A DNA stretch of 64,000 nt, from NCBI GenBank assembly GCA_965227295.1, contig OZ245742.1:3936001-4000000 (forward strand), in the 5' to 3' direction. A program made the position numbers and the translations under genes. Under the pieces are notes generated by a model that was given only the letters and a program-made list of their open reading frames with translations, made no database searches and had not been told where the DNA came from. Source of the DNA: Leptonemataceae bacterium. GTDB lineage: Bacteria; Spirochaetota; Leptospiria; Leptospirales; Leptonemataceae. Shown one piece after another: positions 51,671 to 61,965 of this stretch (within the stretch, counting starts at the first letter, position 1; every line of letters starts with the position of its first letter).

Positions 51671-52642
51671 CTACTCATCCCCCGCCAGGACTTCGACCAT
51701 ATCGTGACGCACGCGTTTATGAATCGCGTCGTACTCCGGTGAGTCTTTCCCGTAGGCGAGAAGGGCGTACCGTAACAGATGGCCGTTCTTTTTCTTCTTA
51801 AAGAGCGTGTGGTTCTTATGGTCCTGGCGGCGGTCGGCGAGCACTTCTTCGTAACGATAACAGGCAGCAAGCAGACGATGCGCCTCGGGATCCTGCTTGT
51901 TATCTTCGCGCAGGCTCATGTAGCGCTCCAGGATGAAGATGCAGTCCGTTAAGTTGCGCGACTTAAACTGCTGCTTCACGTACTGGCGAAAGACCTGTTC
52001 TTTGAGATCGAGGTACGGTGCCGAGTCGCGGACCGAGGGATTCTGAATGCTGTCGAGAATGCGGATGGCGCGGGTCAGCCGACCAACGGCTTCACGACGA
52101 TACTCGGCGCGGACCTGCTCCATGTGTTTGCGAATGCGTTCCGTTCGTTCGGAGTTGCGCCAGGCCTCTTCTTTGAGCGGGCGATCGGCTTCGAGTTCGG
52201 CGCGCGTGCGTTTTGCGGCGAACTCGCCGGCCTTGATCGTTTGCAGAGATTCGCGGTACTGGCGTCGGGCCTGCTCCAGGCGTTCCATAGAGGTTTCGCT
52301 GGATACGTCGTCCAGGATTTTCAGTTCGGGAAAGAGCGGGGAGATGTCTTCGTCGACCCACTTCTGGTCGTCGCGGTTTTCCTCTTCGACGCCCGAAGAA
52401 CTGTCGTCGTTCTCGCCTTTGTCGAAGGCGTGGTCAAAGAGGTTGTCCTCAGACGTTTGCTCAAAATCATCGTTGCTGCCGAAGAAAAACCGTTCGTCGG
52501 TACCGGATTCGTCCGGTCGCACGCGGACCTTGCCGTCGCCGTCCGCAGGGACATCGTCCTGCTCGGCGACGAGCGGGAATGCCAGGGCCAGAGCGGCGAC
52601 GAGCACGAGAATCTTCTTACATAGACGGAGACGCAGGTCCAT
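51671..52642 (-). CDS. FcpA-related periplasmic flagellar coiling protein
   Basis: ATG at 52642 plus signal peptide. AIRILDSIQNP, NLTDCIFILERY, AHRLLAACYRYEE and KKNGHLLRYALLAYGKDSPEY parallel the Leptospira FcpA C-terminus as recalled. Confidence 0.75.
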   Translation of the reverse strand: MDLRLRLCKKILVLVAALALAFPLVAEQDDVPADGDGKVRVRPDESGTDERFFFGSNDDFEQTSEDNLFDHAFDKGENDDSSSGVEEENRDDQKWVDEDISPLFPELKILDDVSSETSMERLEQARRQYRESLQTIKAGEFAAKRTRAELEADRPLKEEAWRNSERTERIRKHMEQVRAEYRREAVGRLTRAIRILDSIQNPSVRDSAPYLDLKEQVFRQYVKQQFKSRNLTDCIFILERYMSLREDNKQDPEAHRLLAACYRYEEVLADRRQDHKNHTLFKKKKNGHLLRYALLAYGKDSPEYDAIHKRVRHDMVEVLAGDE

Positions 52643-52681
52643 ACTTGTGCTTCGGCAAATTTTTTCAGAACGTGAACGATT

Positions 52682-53953
52682 ATGTCCGATTTTACGCCGA
52701 CAGATATCCCTCTGAACTACCGGGATGGAGCCCTGCATTTCGACGAACTGGCTGTCGAGGCCCTCGCGCGCGAGTTCGGCACGCCGCTGTACGTGTACTC
52801 CGCGGCGGCCATCCGGGCGCGTCTGGCGGAGTTCGCGGCCGGTGCCGGGAGTCGCAAACACCTTGTTTGTTATGCCGTAAAGGCGAACTCGAATCTCGGC
52901 ATTCTCAAGCTTGTCGCCGATACAGGGGCGGGGGCCGACATCGTGAGCGGCGGCGAGCTCTTCCGCTGCCTGCGAGCGGGCATTCCGGCGGATCGCATCG
53001 TGTTCTCCGGCGTCGGCAAATCGGACCAGGAAATTCGCGAGGCCCTGGCAGCGGGCATCCTCATGTTCAGCGTTGAATCCGGCGAGGAACTGCGGCGCAC
53101 CTCGGAGCTGGCCGTGGCAGCGAATCGAACGGCGCACGTGAGCATTCGCGTGAATCCGGACGTGGATGCGAAGACCCATCCCTACATCTCGACGGGGCTG
53201 AAAGAAAACAAGTTCGGTGTGCCCCACGGAGAAATCCTGGCTTTGTACGATCTGGCGATGGAGTTGCCGGGCGTGGAGCCGCGGGGGATCGGTTTTCACA
53301 TCGGTTCGCAACTCCTCGGCCTGGACGGCTATCGCGATGCGGCCGGGCGTGTGCGCGGTCTGGCGGCGGAATTGCGCAAGCGCGGCGTAAAACTCGAACA
53401 CCTGGATGTGGGCGGGGGCCTGGGCATTACTTACAACGATGAGCGACCGCCGTCTATCGAGGACTACGTGCGCACCATGTTCGAAGCGTTGCCCGAGACG
53501 GAGTTCGGTGATCTGCGCATCGTTTTCGAGCCGGGACGCTCCATCGTCGGGAATGCCGGCGCGTTGATCACACGCGTTTTGTATCGCAAGTCCAACGAGG
53601 GCAAACGCTTTCACATCATCGACGCGGCCATGAACGATCTCATCCGTCCGGCTTTGTACAGTGCCTACCACGAGGTCTGGCCGGCCGTCGAGGAGCGCCG
53701 CACGGCTTCAGGTCCCGCCGATCTGGTCGGGCCGATTTGCGAAACCGGGGATTTCCTGGTGCGCGATCGGGAGTTGCCGGACTTCGAACAGGGCGACCTG
53801 GTGGCCCTGGCCTCGGCGGGGGCCTACGGTTTCGTCATGGCTTCGAATTACAACAGCCGTCCCCGGGCCGCGGAGGTCCTGGTGGACCAGGGCCTGCCGA
53901 AACTCATCCGGCGGCGGGAGTCGTACGAGGATCTCATTCGCGGCGAGGAGTGA
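52682..53953 (+). CDS. lysA: diaminopimelate decarboxylase
   Basis: YAVKANSN, HPYISTGLKENKFG, HIGSQ, EPGR, GPICETGD and MASNYNSRPR. Confidence 0.98.
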   Translation: MSDFTPTDIPLNYRDGALHFDELAVEALAREFGTPLYVYSAAAIRARLAEFAAGAGSRKHLVCYAVKANSNLGILKLVADTGAGADIVSGGELFRCLRAGIPADRIVFSGVGKSDQEIREALAAGILMFSVESGEELRRTSELAVAANRTAHVSIRVNPDVDAKTHPYISTGLKENKFGVPHGEILALYDLAMELPGVEPRGIGFHIGSQLLGLDGYRDAAGRVRGLAAELRKRGVKLEHLDVGGGLGITYNDERPPSIEDYVRTMFEALPETEFGDLRIVFEPGRSIVGNAGALITRVLYRKSNEGKRFHIIDAAMNDLIRPALYSAYHEVWPAVEERRTASGPADLVGPICETGDFLVRDRELPDFEQGDLVALASAGAYGFVMASNYNSRPRAAEVLVDQGLPKLIRRRESYEDLIRGEE

Positions 53954-54047
53954 TTCCGCGGGACCTCGGTCCTCGGAGTCACCTTCTTCCCCGTTTTCAC
54001 TGGAAATTTTCGATGTACGGGCCGATACTGTAAAGAGCGATCCGGAC

Positions 54048-55187
54048 ATGTCGAAACCGCTGATCAGATTTCCCGCACCGGCCGTCTGTGCCGCCCGGCT
54101 CGTGTTGTGCCTGGGCCTTGCCGTGGTGCTCGTGGGTCCGCTGTCCGCGGAGGCTCCCGACGAAACGAACATGGGTCGCTTGATCCAGCGGAACCAGAGC
54201 AATCTGCGGTACTTCGACAACGTGGTCAGCAACCTGCCGCTTGAAGACGGCCAGGGCAATCCGAACTCCCTGCGTGCCGACATCATTGAACGCTATCGTC
54301 TGGCCCTGCAGCACGACTTTCACGCGAACCTCTGGTACATGCAGGGGAACTACTCCGGCACGCGCAAAGAACTGAAGATTTCCATGGATCACCTGCAGCA
54401 GGCCTACGAGCGCACGCTGCGGTTTTACAACGATACCACGGCTTCGCTGCTGGACGGGGCCGCGCCGCTGGTCGTGCGCATGCGCGATTCGTACGGCAAG
54501 TACTTCCTGAAAAAAGGTTACGCCAACCTGGAGCACGCCCGGGCCTTTCGTCTGCGCGGCTACAACATCAATCCGAACTATCACAAGAATCAGCTCTACT
54601 ACTATCGCCAGGGCATCAAACACGCGCGTGCCGCCCGACGTTATGCCGTCCTCGCCATGATCGAGGCGCGGTTGCCCCTTGAAGAACGTGAGCAATTCCG
54701 CCAGATCTCCTACGATGAGATCCGTTCGCCCGAGGGCCGCAAGCAGCCGCCGTTGAACGACTACGGCCGCGTCTCCACGTTGCTCCGCAATCTCATCACG
54801 CAAAAGCGCATCCCCGCTACGGTGACGTCACGCAATCTGGCCGAGCCGGTTACGCTCATTCTCATGGAAGTCCATCAGGATAACTACAACCGCCGCATTG
54901 ACACCCGGGATTCCGTGTGGCTGGAGCTTACTTCGAAGCTGGATTCGCGTCAGTTCTACACGGACTACGTACTCCCGCGGCGCAATACCGAAAACCGGAA
55001 CGAACTGGGCCCGGAAGACAGCGATCCGTTGGTGCCGCCGGAGAACGAAGACGACGCGAACGACGGCGCCGGTGACGACAACGCGCAGCCCACGGGTTAC
55101 CAGGACGTGCTGGATATGCAGGCTCCCGTGGCCGGTGATGGTTTGATCGATGAAGCCGGGGATGACCTGGAAGATTCGTATTTCTAA
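54048..55187 (+). CDS. OmpL37-family-like exported protein
   Basis: ATG at 54048 plus signal peptide. PDETNMGRLIQRNQSNLRYFDNVVSNL and DFHANLWYMQGNY resemble the Leptospira OmpL37 family from memory. Acidic tail. Confidence 0.55.
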   Translation: MSKPLIRFPAPAVCAARLVLCLGLAVVLVGPLSAEAPDETNMGRLIQRNQSNLRYFDNVVSNLPLEDGQGNPNSLRADIIERYRLALQHDFHANLWYMQGNYSGTRKELKISMDHLQQAYERTLRFYNDTTASLLDGAAPLVVRMRDSYGKYFLKKGYANLEHARAFRLRGYNINPNYHKNQLYYYRQGIKHARAARRYAVLAMIEARLPLEEREQFRQISYDEIRSPEGRKQPPLNDYGRVSTLLRNLITQKRIPATVTSRNLAEPVTLILMEVHQDNYNRRIDTRDSVWLELTSKLDSRQFYTDYVLPRRNTENRNELGPEDSDPLVPPENEDDANDGAGDDNAQPTGYQDVLDMQAPVAGDGLIDEAGDDLEDSYF

Positions 55188-55204
55188 ACTTAAGCCGAAG
55201 CCGT

Positions 55205-55615
55205 CTACGAACCTTCCGGTTTCTTCGGCGGATCCGTTTCGAACGGTTTGCGGCCCAGCAAAATACCGAGGCCCTGCTCGACGATCGTTTGCGAGTTCTG
55301 CGCCATTTTTCGGGTGGTGTGTTCGATTAAGTCGCCGCTCATTACGGAGGAGAGGGCCTCTTTGAAACCCTCGCGCACCTCTTCACGGAACTCGGGCATG
55401 AGTTCCTGGCCGGCTTCGAGTACACCCTCACGGAGTTGCTCTTTGACGTAACCGGTGGTGCTCTGAAGTTCTTCGATGATTTCTTCGTAGATCTTCTGAC
55501 GCAGATACGCGACGAAGAAAACGTAAGACGCGCTGAGCGTCAGAATGGTGGTCAGCACTGCCGTAATCACGGCGAAGATGATCATTGGTGCGTACGAAGG
55601 TTCGGCAAAGTCCAT
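55205..55615 (-). CDS. membrane-anchored hypothetical protein
   Basis: 136 aa with an N-terminal TM segment, directly downstream of the helicase. Confidence 0.7.
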   Translation of the reverse strand: MDFAEPSYAPMIIFAVITAVLTTILTLSASYVFFVAYLRQKIYEEIIEELQSTTGYVKEQLREGVLEAGQELMPEFREEVREGFKEALSSVMSGDLIEHTTRKMAQNSQTIVEQGLGILLGRKPFETDPPKKPEGS

Positions 55616-55623
55616 GGGTTTAC

Positions 55624-57777
55624 TCAGGCATCCCCGGAAGGCGCCGGGGAGCCCAGAGATTCCAGCCCGGCCAGAAGGCCTGTCAACGTATTTTGTTCGT
55701 CCGCTTCATCGACGGCGGAACCCTCGCGCACGATCCATTCCACTGTGCCTTCGGGCAGTTCGTCCCAGAAGCGCGACGGTTCTACCAGGGTCGTTTCGCC
55801 GAATTTGCGCCGGGAGGAGGCCGCCGAGAGAAACAGTTCCCGTTTGGCGCGGGTGATCCCCACGTAGTAGAGCCTGCGTTCCTCGGCCAGGGCCTCTTCT
55901 TCGTAGCCGCCCTCTTTTGCTTCTTCCAGGGAACGCGACGCCGGGAAGAGTCCTTCTTCCAGACCGGTGAGAAAGACCACGGGAAACTCCAGTCCCTTCG
56001 AAAGATGCAACGTGAGCAGTTGCACCCGGCCGCGTTCCCGGTCTTCGTCCTCACCATTGTCCGAAGCGAGCAGGGCAATGCGCGCGAGAAAGTCGAAGAT
56101 GGTCGGTGCGCCGGAGTCGTCCCAGTTGTCTTCCATGAACGCGAGCATGTTGATCAACTCGGAGATGTTCAGCATGCGTGCTTTCACCGCGCCGTCGTTG
56201 TCGTTGTCCCGGCGGAACTCCATTTCGAAGTTCAATTCTTTGACCAGCTCGGCGAAGACCGGTGCGAGCTTCGTCGCCCGGCCGAATTTAGAACGATAGT
56301 TGGCGAGCAACTCCAGGAACTCGTAGATGGCCGCGACGGCATCCGTGCGCATGCCCGGGATCAACTGCGCTTCTTCGCTGATGCGTTCCAGCACGGAGTA
56401 GACGTCCTGGCGGTGTTCTTCGTCCTGATCCAGGATGAACTGCGAAATCTTCGCGATGGAACCTTCGCCGATACCGCGCCGCGGCCGGTTGATGATGCGC
56501 ATGAGCGCGGTTTCGTCACGGGGATTCGCCAGCACGCGGAGATAGGCGATGAGGTCGCGGACCTCGCGACGGTCGAAAAACTTGTAACCGCCGACGACGT
56601 GATGTGGAATATTTCGATTGCGTAACTCCTGCTCGAAGGCGCGGGACTGGAAGTTCGTGCGAAAGAGAATCGCAAAATCTCCGGGCTGATTTTCGTTTTG
56701 GACGACACGTCGCTGGATCTCGTCGCTGATGATCTCGGCCTCGCGTACCTCGTCGGCCCCGATGATGCCGCGCAAAGGCTCGCCCATGCCGGCCACTGCC
56801 CGTAACTTCTTCCCGGTGCGGGTTAGATTGTTGCAGATGACCGCGTTGGCGGCGTCGAGAATGCGGCCGGTGGAGCGGTAGTTCGTTTCCAGGCGCACGA
56901 CCTTCGCCCCGGGAAAGTTTTTCTCGAAACCCAGGATGATGTTCACGTCGGCGCCGCGCCAGCCGTAGATGGACTGGTCGTCGTCACCGACGACGCAGAG
57001 TTCCCGGGAATCGCCGACCAGGATGCGGAGCAGTTCGTACTGGGCCGGGTTCGTATCCTGAAATTCGTCGACGAGAAAGTACTTCCAGCGTCGGCGGTAC
57101 TTCTCCAGGACCTCGGGATGTTGTAACAGGATTTGCTGCGGCAGTAAGATGAGATCGTCGAAGTCCACGCCGTTCAGCGAGCGAATGTTCTTCTGGTAGC
57201 GGCGAAAGATCTCGCCGAAGAGTTCCGCTCCTTCTGCGAAACCACGGCGTTCCGCGAAGACCTCGGGTTCCTCACCGGCATTCTTGCACAGCGAGAGGAG
57301 CGCGAGCACGTTCGATTCTTTCGCCGACGCCGGGTCCAGGCGCAGGCTGCGATAGATGTCCGCGACGACGTTCTCCTGATCCTCTTTCGCCAGGATCGAA
57401 AACGGAAAGCGATAGCCCGGCAGGCGTTCAATGTCCTTTTGTAAGATGCGATTGCCCAGGCTGTGAAACGTGGAGACCACCATGCCCCGGAGCTTCTTGC
57501 GCTCCAGCATGGAACTGAGCCGCGACTTCATTTCCCGCGCGCTCTTGTTCGTGAACGTCACCGCCACGATGGACTGGGCCGTCATGCCGCTCTCAATCAT
57601 CCCGGCGATGCGATGCGTGATGACGGTGGTTTTTCCGGAGCCGGCTCCCGCCAGGATGAGCACCGGCCCGCGTAGAGTACGCACGGCCTCGGCCTGTTCG
57701 GGATTGAGGCCGCGAGCCTTGCCGCCGGCCTTGCGTGCGGGGCGCGAGCGGGATGATGTGCGGTTGCCGGTGGCCAT
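55624..57777 (-). CDS. UvrD/Rep/PcrA-family DNA helicase
   Basis: AGAGSGKT, VTFTNKSAREM, VDEFQDTN, VGDDDQSIYGWRGA, LETNYRST, HLSKGLEF and EERRLYYVGITRA. Confidence 0.97.
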   Translation of the reverse strand: MATGNRTSSRSRPARKAGGKARGLNPEQAEAVRTLRGPVLILAGAGSGKTTVITHRIAGMIESGMTAQSIVAVTFTNKSAREMKSRLSSMLERKKLRGMVVSTFHSLGNRILQKDIERLPGYRFPFSILAKEDQENVVADIYRSLRLDPASAKESNVLALLSLCKNAGEEPEVFAERRGFAEGAELFGEIFRRYQKNIRSLNGVDFDDLILLPQQILLQHPEVLEKYRRRWKYFLVDEFQDTNPAQYELLRILVGDSRELCVVGDDDQSIYGWRGADVNIILGFEKNFPGAKVVRLETNYRSTGRILDAANAVICNNLTRTGKKLRAVAGMGEPLRGIIGADEVREAEIISDEIQRRVVQNENQPGDFAILFRTNFQSRAFEQELRNRNIPHHVVGGYKFFDRREVRDLIAYLRVLANPRDETALMRIINRPRRGIGEGSIAKISQFILDQDEEHRQDVYSVLERISEEAQLIPGMRTDAVAAIYEFLELLANYRSKFGRATKLAPVFAELVKELNFEMEFRRDNDNDGAVKARMLNISELINMLAFMEDNWDDSGAPTIFDFLARIALLASDNGEDEDRERGRVQLLTLHLSKGLEFPVVFLTGLEEGLFPASRSLEEAKEGGYEEEALAEERRLYYVGITRAKRELFLSAASSRRKFGETTLVEPSRFWDELPEGTVEWIVREGSAVDEADEQNTLTGLLAGLESLGSPAPSGDA

Positions 57778-57866
57778 GCCTTCCGGGCAGGGGACATAAT
57801 CCGGGGGCGAGCGTCAAGCGCGGATTGCGGATTGGGAGATTCTGTCGCAGGGGGACGAGAGCGCTC

Positions 57867-59054
57867 TTATTCGTTCTGAGTTTCCGATGACGATCCGGGG
57901 GCTGCCGTTTCTGGTTCGCCCGGGCCCGCTGTGGACGGTGCCGCTTCCGTGTTCGGCGTCGGCGCTTCGTTCTTTGCCTCCAGGCGTTCCATATTCCTGT
58001 GCACAATCTGCGTGTACTCGTGTTCTTCACCGAGCCGTTCCGTGAAAATTGCGAGCGCCTGTTCGTAGCGTTCTCTGGCCCGTGTCGTATCGCCGGAGTT
58101 CGCCAGCGCCAGACCCAGGTTATTGTAGCGCACACCCAACGCCACGCCGTCGCCTGAATCCGGGACGTCACCCGCCTTAAGAATCGTAAGCGCTTTCTCG
58201 TAGTATTCGATGGCTTGCGCATGTTCGCCCAGGCGATCATAGGCTGCGGCCATGTTATTGTAGCGCCGCGCGGTCGTCGCGGTGGCCGGCGGCTCGCCTT
58301 CGCCGGCATCAAGGGCGAGGGCTTCTTCGTAAGATTGAATGGCCTGATCGTAGGCCCCGGCCGCGTGATAGGCTGCGCCCAGGTTGTGCAGCAGCGCACC
58401 GATGCGCCGCCGGAGTTCTTCCGTATGCTTCGCCCCGGAAGCGGGCTGTGTGTTTTCGGTTACGGACTGAGTAAATCTGGCAAGAAGTTTGCGATCTAAA
58501 TATAAGGCGCGCTGAAGATAGCCCGTTGCTTCGATGGCCCGCCCCATATGCAGAAGCACGAGTCCGAGGCGGGCATAGAGCTGCGATGTCCGCGCGTCCG
58601 TCTCGCCGTACTCGCCGCGGGCGAGACCGAGGGCCGTTTCGTATGCCGTGCGGGCCGCCTGGAGTTTTTCACCGGTATTGTCTTTCAGACTCAGACGTTC
58701 GTAACTTTCGGCGAGTGCAACGTAGTACTCCGGACGGGCGTCGAGCAACGCCGCGGTTTCGAAAAGCTGTCGCGCGCCTGGAAAATCTCCAGCTTCTCCG
58801 CGACGCCGGCCGAGGAGATACGCGACGCGAGCCGCGGCCCGGTTCTCCACGCTCACGTCCGCGTCTGCGCCGGACCGGGCGCCGCCTTCGAATTCCGCGG
58901 CGCTCTCGGCCAGGCGTTCCAGGGCGGACCGCAACTCGCCGGCCGCAAGCGGCGGCGCGAACAGCAGCGTCGCCATCAGAGCCAGGGCGCGGCCCGGGAG
59001 ACTTCCCCGGCGGTGAATCATACTATAGAAGATCATCAAACCAAACGTACGCAA
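57867..59054 (-). CDS. secreted TPR protein (start uncertain)
   Basis: Long TPRs (LLHNLGAAYHAAGAYDQAIQSYEEAL; YNNLGLALANSGD...ALAIFTERLGEEH). Confidence 0.82.
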   Translation of the reverse strand: MRTFGLMIFYSMIHRRGSLPGRALALMATLLFAPPLAAGELRSALERLAESAAEFEGGARSGADADVSVENRAAARVAYLLGRRRGEAGDFPGARQLFETAALLDARPEYYVALAESYERLSLKDNTGEKLQAARTAYETALGLARGEYGETDARTSQLYARLGLVLLHMGRAIEATGYLQRALYLDRKLLARFTQSVTENTQPASGAKHTEELRRRIGALLHNLGAAYHAAGAYDQAIQSYEEALALDAGEGEPPATATTARRYNNMAAAYDRLGEHAQAIEYYEKALTILKAGDVPDSGDGVALGVRYNNLGLALANSGDTTRARERYEQALAIFTERLGEEHEYTQIVHRNMERLEAKNEAPTPNTEAAPSTAGPGEPETAAPGSSSETQNE

Positions 59055-59066
59055 GCAGAAATCTGC

Positions 59067-60206
59067 TCAGTATTGAACGCGAGTTTCGAGCACCGTCGCG
59101 TTTTCCCGGTCACGGATCCGGGCGACGACGGCGGCCTCCGTAAACTCCAGGACGCCGAAGTTCAAACCGGCGAAGAGTTCTCCGACGCGATGGCGATTCT
59201 CCTCGCTCCAGCCGACGGGCACGCTGTGGGTCATGCCGCTGGACGTTACGTCGACGATCTCCAGGCCGCCGGGCGTTTGCGTTCGCGAGATTTCTGCTAA
59301 GTGCCGGTCGCCGGAGATTAGGACCACGGCCCGGGGCCGGTGGCGGTCCAGGAGATGGTAGAGGCGCTTTCTGGCCGCCGGAAAGTTGGCCCACTTTTCG
59401 TAGCGGTGTTCTTCGGCCACGACCTGAACGCTGGAGACGATCACATGGACCGCCGCCCGGCTGTTCTGTAGCTGATCTTCCAGCCAGGTCCACTGGGCCT
59501 CACCGAGGATGTCCGCGGTCGCGGCGGCCTCGTCCGATTTCGGGCGGGCGTCGCGGTGATAGCGCGTGTCGAGCAGGATGATGCGTACGAATCGACCGGG
59601 GCGAGCGGCCAGGGGAAAATCGTAGGCCTCGTACGTGCCCTGGCGAATCCGTCGCGGTGCGTTGTCCGGAACATCGAGGAAGTCGAGCAGGGCGCGTCGG
59701 GCCGCACCCCGCAGCGGGAATTCGCGACCGCCATTGTTCTTGCCGTAATCGTGATCGTCGTAGATGCCCAGGACACCCGCACTCAGCGTCGCGGTGAAGC
59801 TTCGATAGCCTGGATGTTGTTTTTGCAACGCATAGGCCGCGCGCAGGCTCTGTTCGTCACGAACCTGTCCGGTGGGAATGCGCAGCCAGGCCTGACCGGC
59901 CACGCCCGGCCACACCCATACGTCGGCATAGACGATGTCGCCGGTCCACAGGAACGCATCGGGTTCGGCGGCGTGCAAGGTTTCCCAGAGCGGTTGATCG
60001 GCGTAGTAATCGTTGCATGAACCGAAGGCGAGCCGGGCCAGGACCGGGTTTCCCGCGCCTGGAGCCGGTGCCGGCGTGCGTACCGGTTCGTTCTTGAGTT
60101 CCGGGGGATAACATGCAACATAAAGCAAAAGCATTAGAAGCGGGAGCCGGAATCGGAGACGATGCGGGAGGCCGCGGCAATTTCGTTTTTTGGTGATTGT
60201 TTGCAT
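59067..60206 (-). CDS. phoD: alkaline phosphatase D family protein
   Basis: LAFGSC, WTGDIVYAD, YDDHDYG, LLDTRYHR, LGEAQWTWL and ISGDRH. Start uncertain. Confidence 0.88.
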   Translation of the reverse strand: MQTITKKRNCRGLPHRLRFRLPLLMLLLYVACYPPELKNEPVRTPAPAPGAGNPVLARLAFGSCNDYYADQPLWETLHAAEPDAFLWTGDIVYADVWVWPGVAGQAWLRIPTGQVRDEQSLRAAYALQKQHPGYRSFTATLSAGVLGIYDDHDYGKNNGGREFPLRGAARRALLDFLDVPDNAPRRIRQGTYEAYDFPLAARPGRFVRIILLDTRYHRDARPKSDEAAATADILGEAQWTWLEDQLQNSRAAVHVIVSSVQVVAEEHRYEKWANFPAARKRLYHLLDRHRPRAVVLISGDRHLAEISRTQTPGGLEIVDVTSSGMTHSVPVGWSEENRHRVGELFAGLNFGVLEFTEAAVVARIRDRENATVLETRVQY

Positions 60207-60385
60207 GGCTGTGGTGTTTCGTCGATTCTCCGGAATTTTTGATTGCTCCGTCGGCTGTGTGCGAGCGACAAGAAACATCTCCATGCAACCTCTCGTGCCG
60301 GCCTTTCGCTCATGGAACTAAATTACCAATATTATTAAAATCTGTTAATATTATTGCGAGGCCGTTACGGCGTCGTTCATATTGA

Positions 60386-61504
60386 ATGTCACAGAATCAC
60401 CGACAGACCAACGATCCGGAGCAGCTAAAGAGAGTCATTGAGCGCGTCTTCGTGCCGGCGGGGACAATCTTTCTGCGGGATCGTAACGGTGATACCCCTT
60501 CGCGAATTTTGAGGTATACCTTTCCCGTAATGGAAATCCAGAAACCGCCCGGGGATGCGGCGCGGTTGCGTTTGCTGACGGTGGAGCATCGCGACCATCG
60601 CCTCATGATCGAGTGCGGCGTGCTGAAGAGCAACGAAAACACGGAGATGATCAAACCCCTGCGTTTGCACATCCGTACGAAGGAGCGCGCCGAAGCGCGG
60701 CTGAAGTTCGATCATACGGCGCGGGCCAACGAGCCCTACATTACCGGTACGCTGCCGGTGGACGGCGTGCCCACGTCGCTCGCCTCCATGGATGCGAAGC
60801 GGGATTCGGTCTTGCGGGTCTACGCCCTGGCGTTGAAGGAACGTTTCGATCAAGAAACCATGGTCAAGGTGCATCTGCGTAAGTCCAATCGTCTGGACCA
60901 TCGCATGCGCCCCATGAACAATCTGCGCAAGCCCATCTTCGCGCCGAACCGCTTCGAAGAGGAGGGCTGGCACCGCGAGGGCATGCACGAGTTTGTCCCG
61001 TTCTCCGAGTACCGGAAGATCCGCACATACGAGGACATTCCGCGGACTTATACTTCGGAAATTTCCGAGCCGCTCTGGTTTCGTGATCGTTATCTGTACG
61101 GTTATCTTCAGGTGATCCACCGGGAGATGCTGACCATCGAACAGTACGAGATGGTCGAGAAACTCGCGCGTAAACTGGAGGAGGATCTGCTCGGTTACGA
61201 CTGTTTGCCGAAGAATCCGCTCCGGTGCGTCGTGGAGGATATCTCGCACCACGGTATCGGATTTCTCTATCCGCGCGGGGCGCCGTTTTTCAAGTCGCTG
61301 ATGCCCGGCGAGGACATCTTTTTTGATTTGCATCTTCCCGGCCAGGATGATGCTCTGCGTCTGCAGGGCGTCATTCAGAACGTGAAGAATCTCACGGACA
61401 ATTATCGTTTCGGTGTGGAGATCGAACGCATGACGCCCGAAGAATCCGCGGCCATCGATAAATACCTGATCGAGGCCGAGGGTCGCAAGAACGAGGATGC
61501 ATGA
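60386..61504 (+). CDS. DUF1577-like protein with C-terminal PilZ-like domain
   Basis: SEISEPLWF...YGYLQV GAF-like part, then VEDISHHGIGF...FGVEI PilZ-type motif. Confidence 0.65.
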   Translation: MSQNHRQTNDPEQLKRVIERVFVPAGTIFLRDRNGDTPSRILRYTFPVMEIQKPPGDAARLRLLTVEHRDHRLMIECGVLKSNENTEMIKPLRLHIRTKERAEARLKFDHTARANEPYITGTLPVDGVPTSLASMDAKRDSVLRVYALALKERFDQETMVKVHLRKSNRLDHRMRPMNNLRKPIFAPNRFEEEGWHREGMHEFVPFSEYRKIRTYEDIPRTYTSEISEPLWFRDRYLYGYLQVIHREMLTIEQYEMVEKLARKLEEDLLGYDCLPKNPLRCVVEDISHHGIGFLYPRGAPFFKSLMPGEDIFFDLHLPGQDDALRLQGVIQNVKNLTDNYRFGVEIERMTPEESAAIDKYLIEAEGRKNEDA

Positions 61505-61965
61505 AAATCCGGACGTGTTCCCTCGAAGACTTCGCGCAGATCCTGGGGGAAATCGAGAATTACTGGGGCGATGATCGCACGCGTCATCTGCATCATCCGT
61601 TGCTCGTCCATGAGTTTCGGGACACGGCCTTCGTCATTAAAATCGGCGACGTGATTGCGGCCTATCTCTTCGGCCTTTTGGCCCGCGACGGCCGCTACGG
61701 TTACATCCACTTAAGCGCGGTCCGCGGTTCGCATCGCCGCCGGGGCCTCGCCACGCAGTTGTATCAGCACTTCTTCGACTACTGCCGGGCGCGGGACGTG
61801 AAGTCCGTGAAGGCGGTCACGACTCCCTGGAACGATTTTTCAATCCACTTCCACAAACACATGGGCTTTCGGTTGTTCGGTGAAACCGTAGAACACGGCG
61901 TGCCGGTGATCAAACACTACAGCGGCCCGGGCGAGGACCGCGTGGTGATGTTCAAGCGGTTGTAA
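61501..61965 (+). CDS. GNAT-family N-acetyltransferase
   Basis: YIHLSAVRGSHRRRGLATQLY and NDFSIHFHKHMGF. ATGA overlap with the upstream gene. Confidence 0.9.
   Translation: MKIRTCSLEDFAQILGEIENYWGDDRTRHLHHPLLVHEFRDTAFVIKIGDVIAAYLFGLLARDGRYGYIHLSAVRGSHRRRGLATQLYQHFFDYCRARDVKSVKAVTTPWNDFSIHFHKHMGFRLFGETVEHGVPVIKHYSGPGEDRVVMFKRL

Noticed and set aside
52643..53671. N-terminal half of the 666-aa ORF 51671..53671
   Set aside because: It is the antisense shadow of lysA. The real protein most plausibly starts at ATG 52642, where a signal peptide begins.
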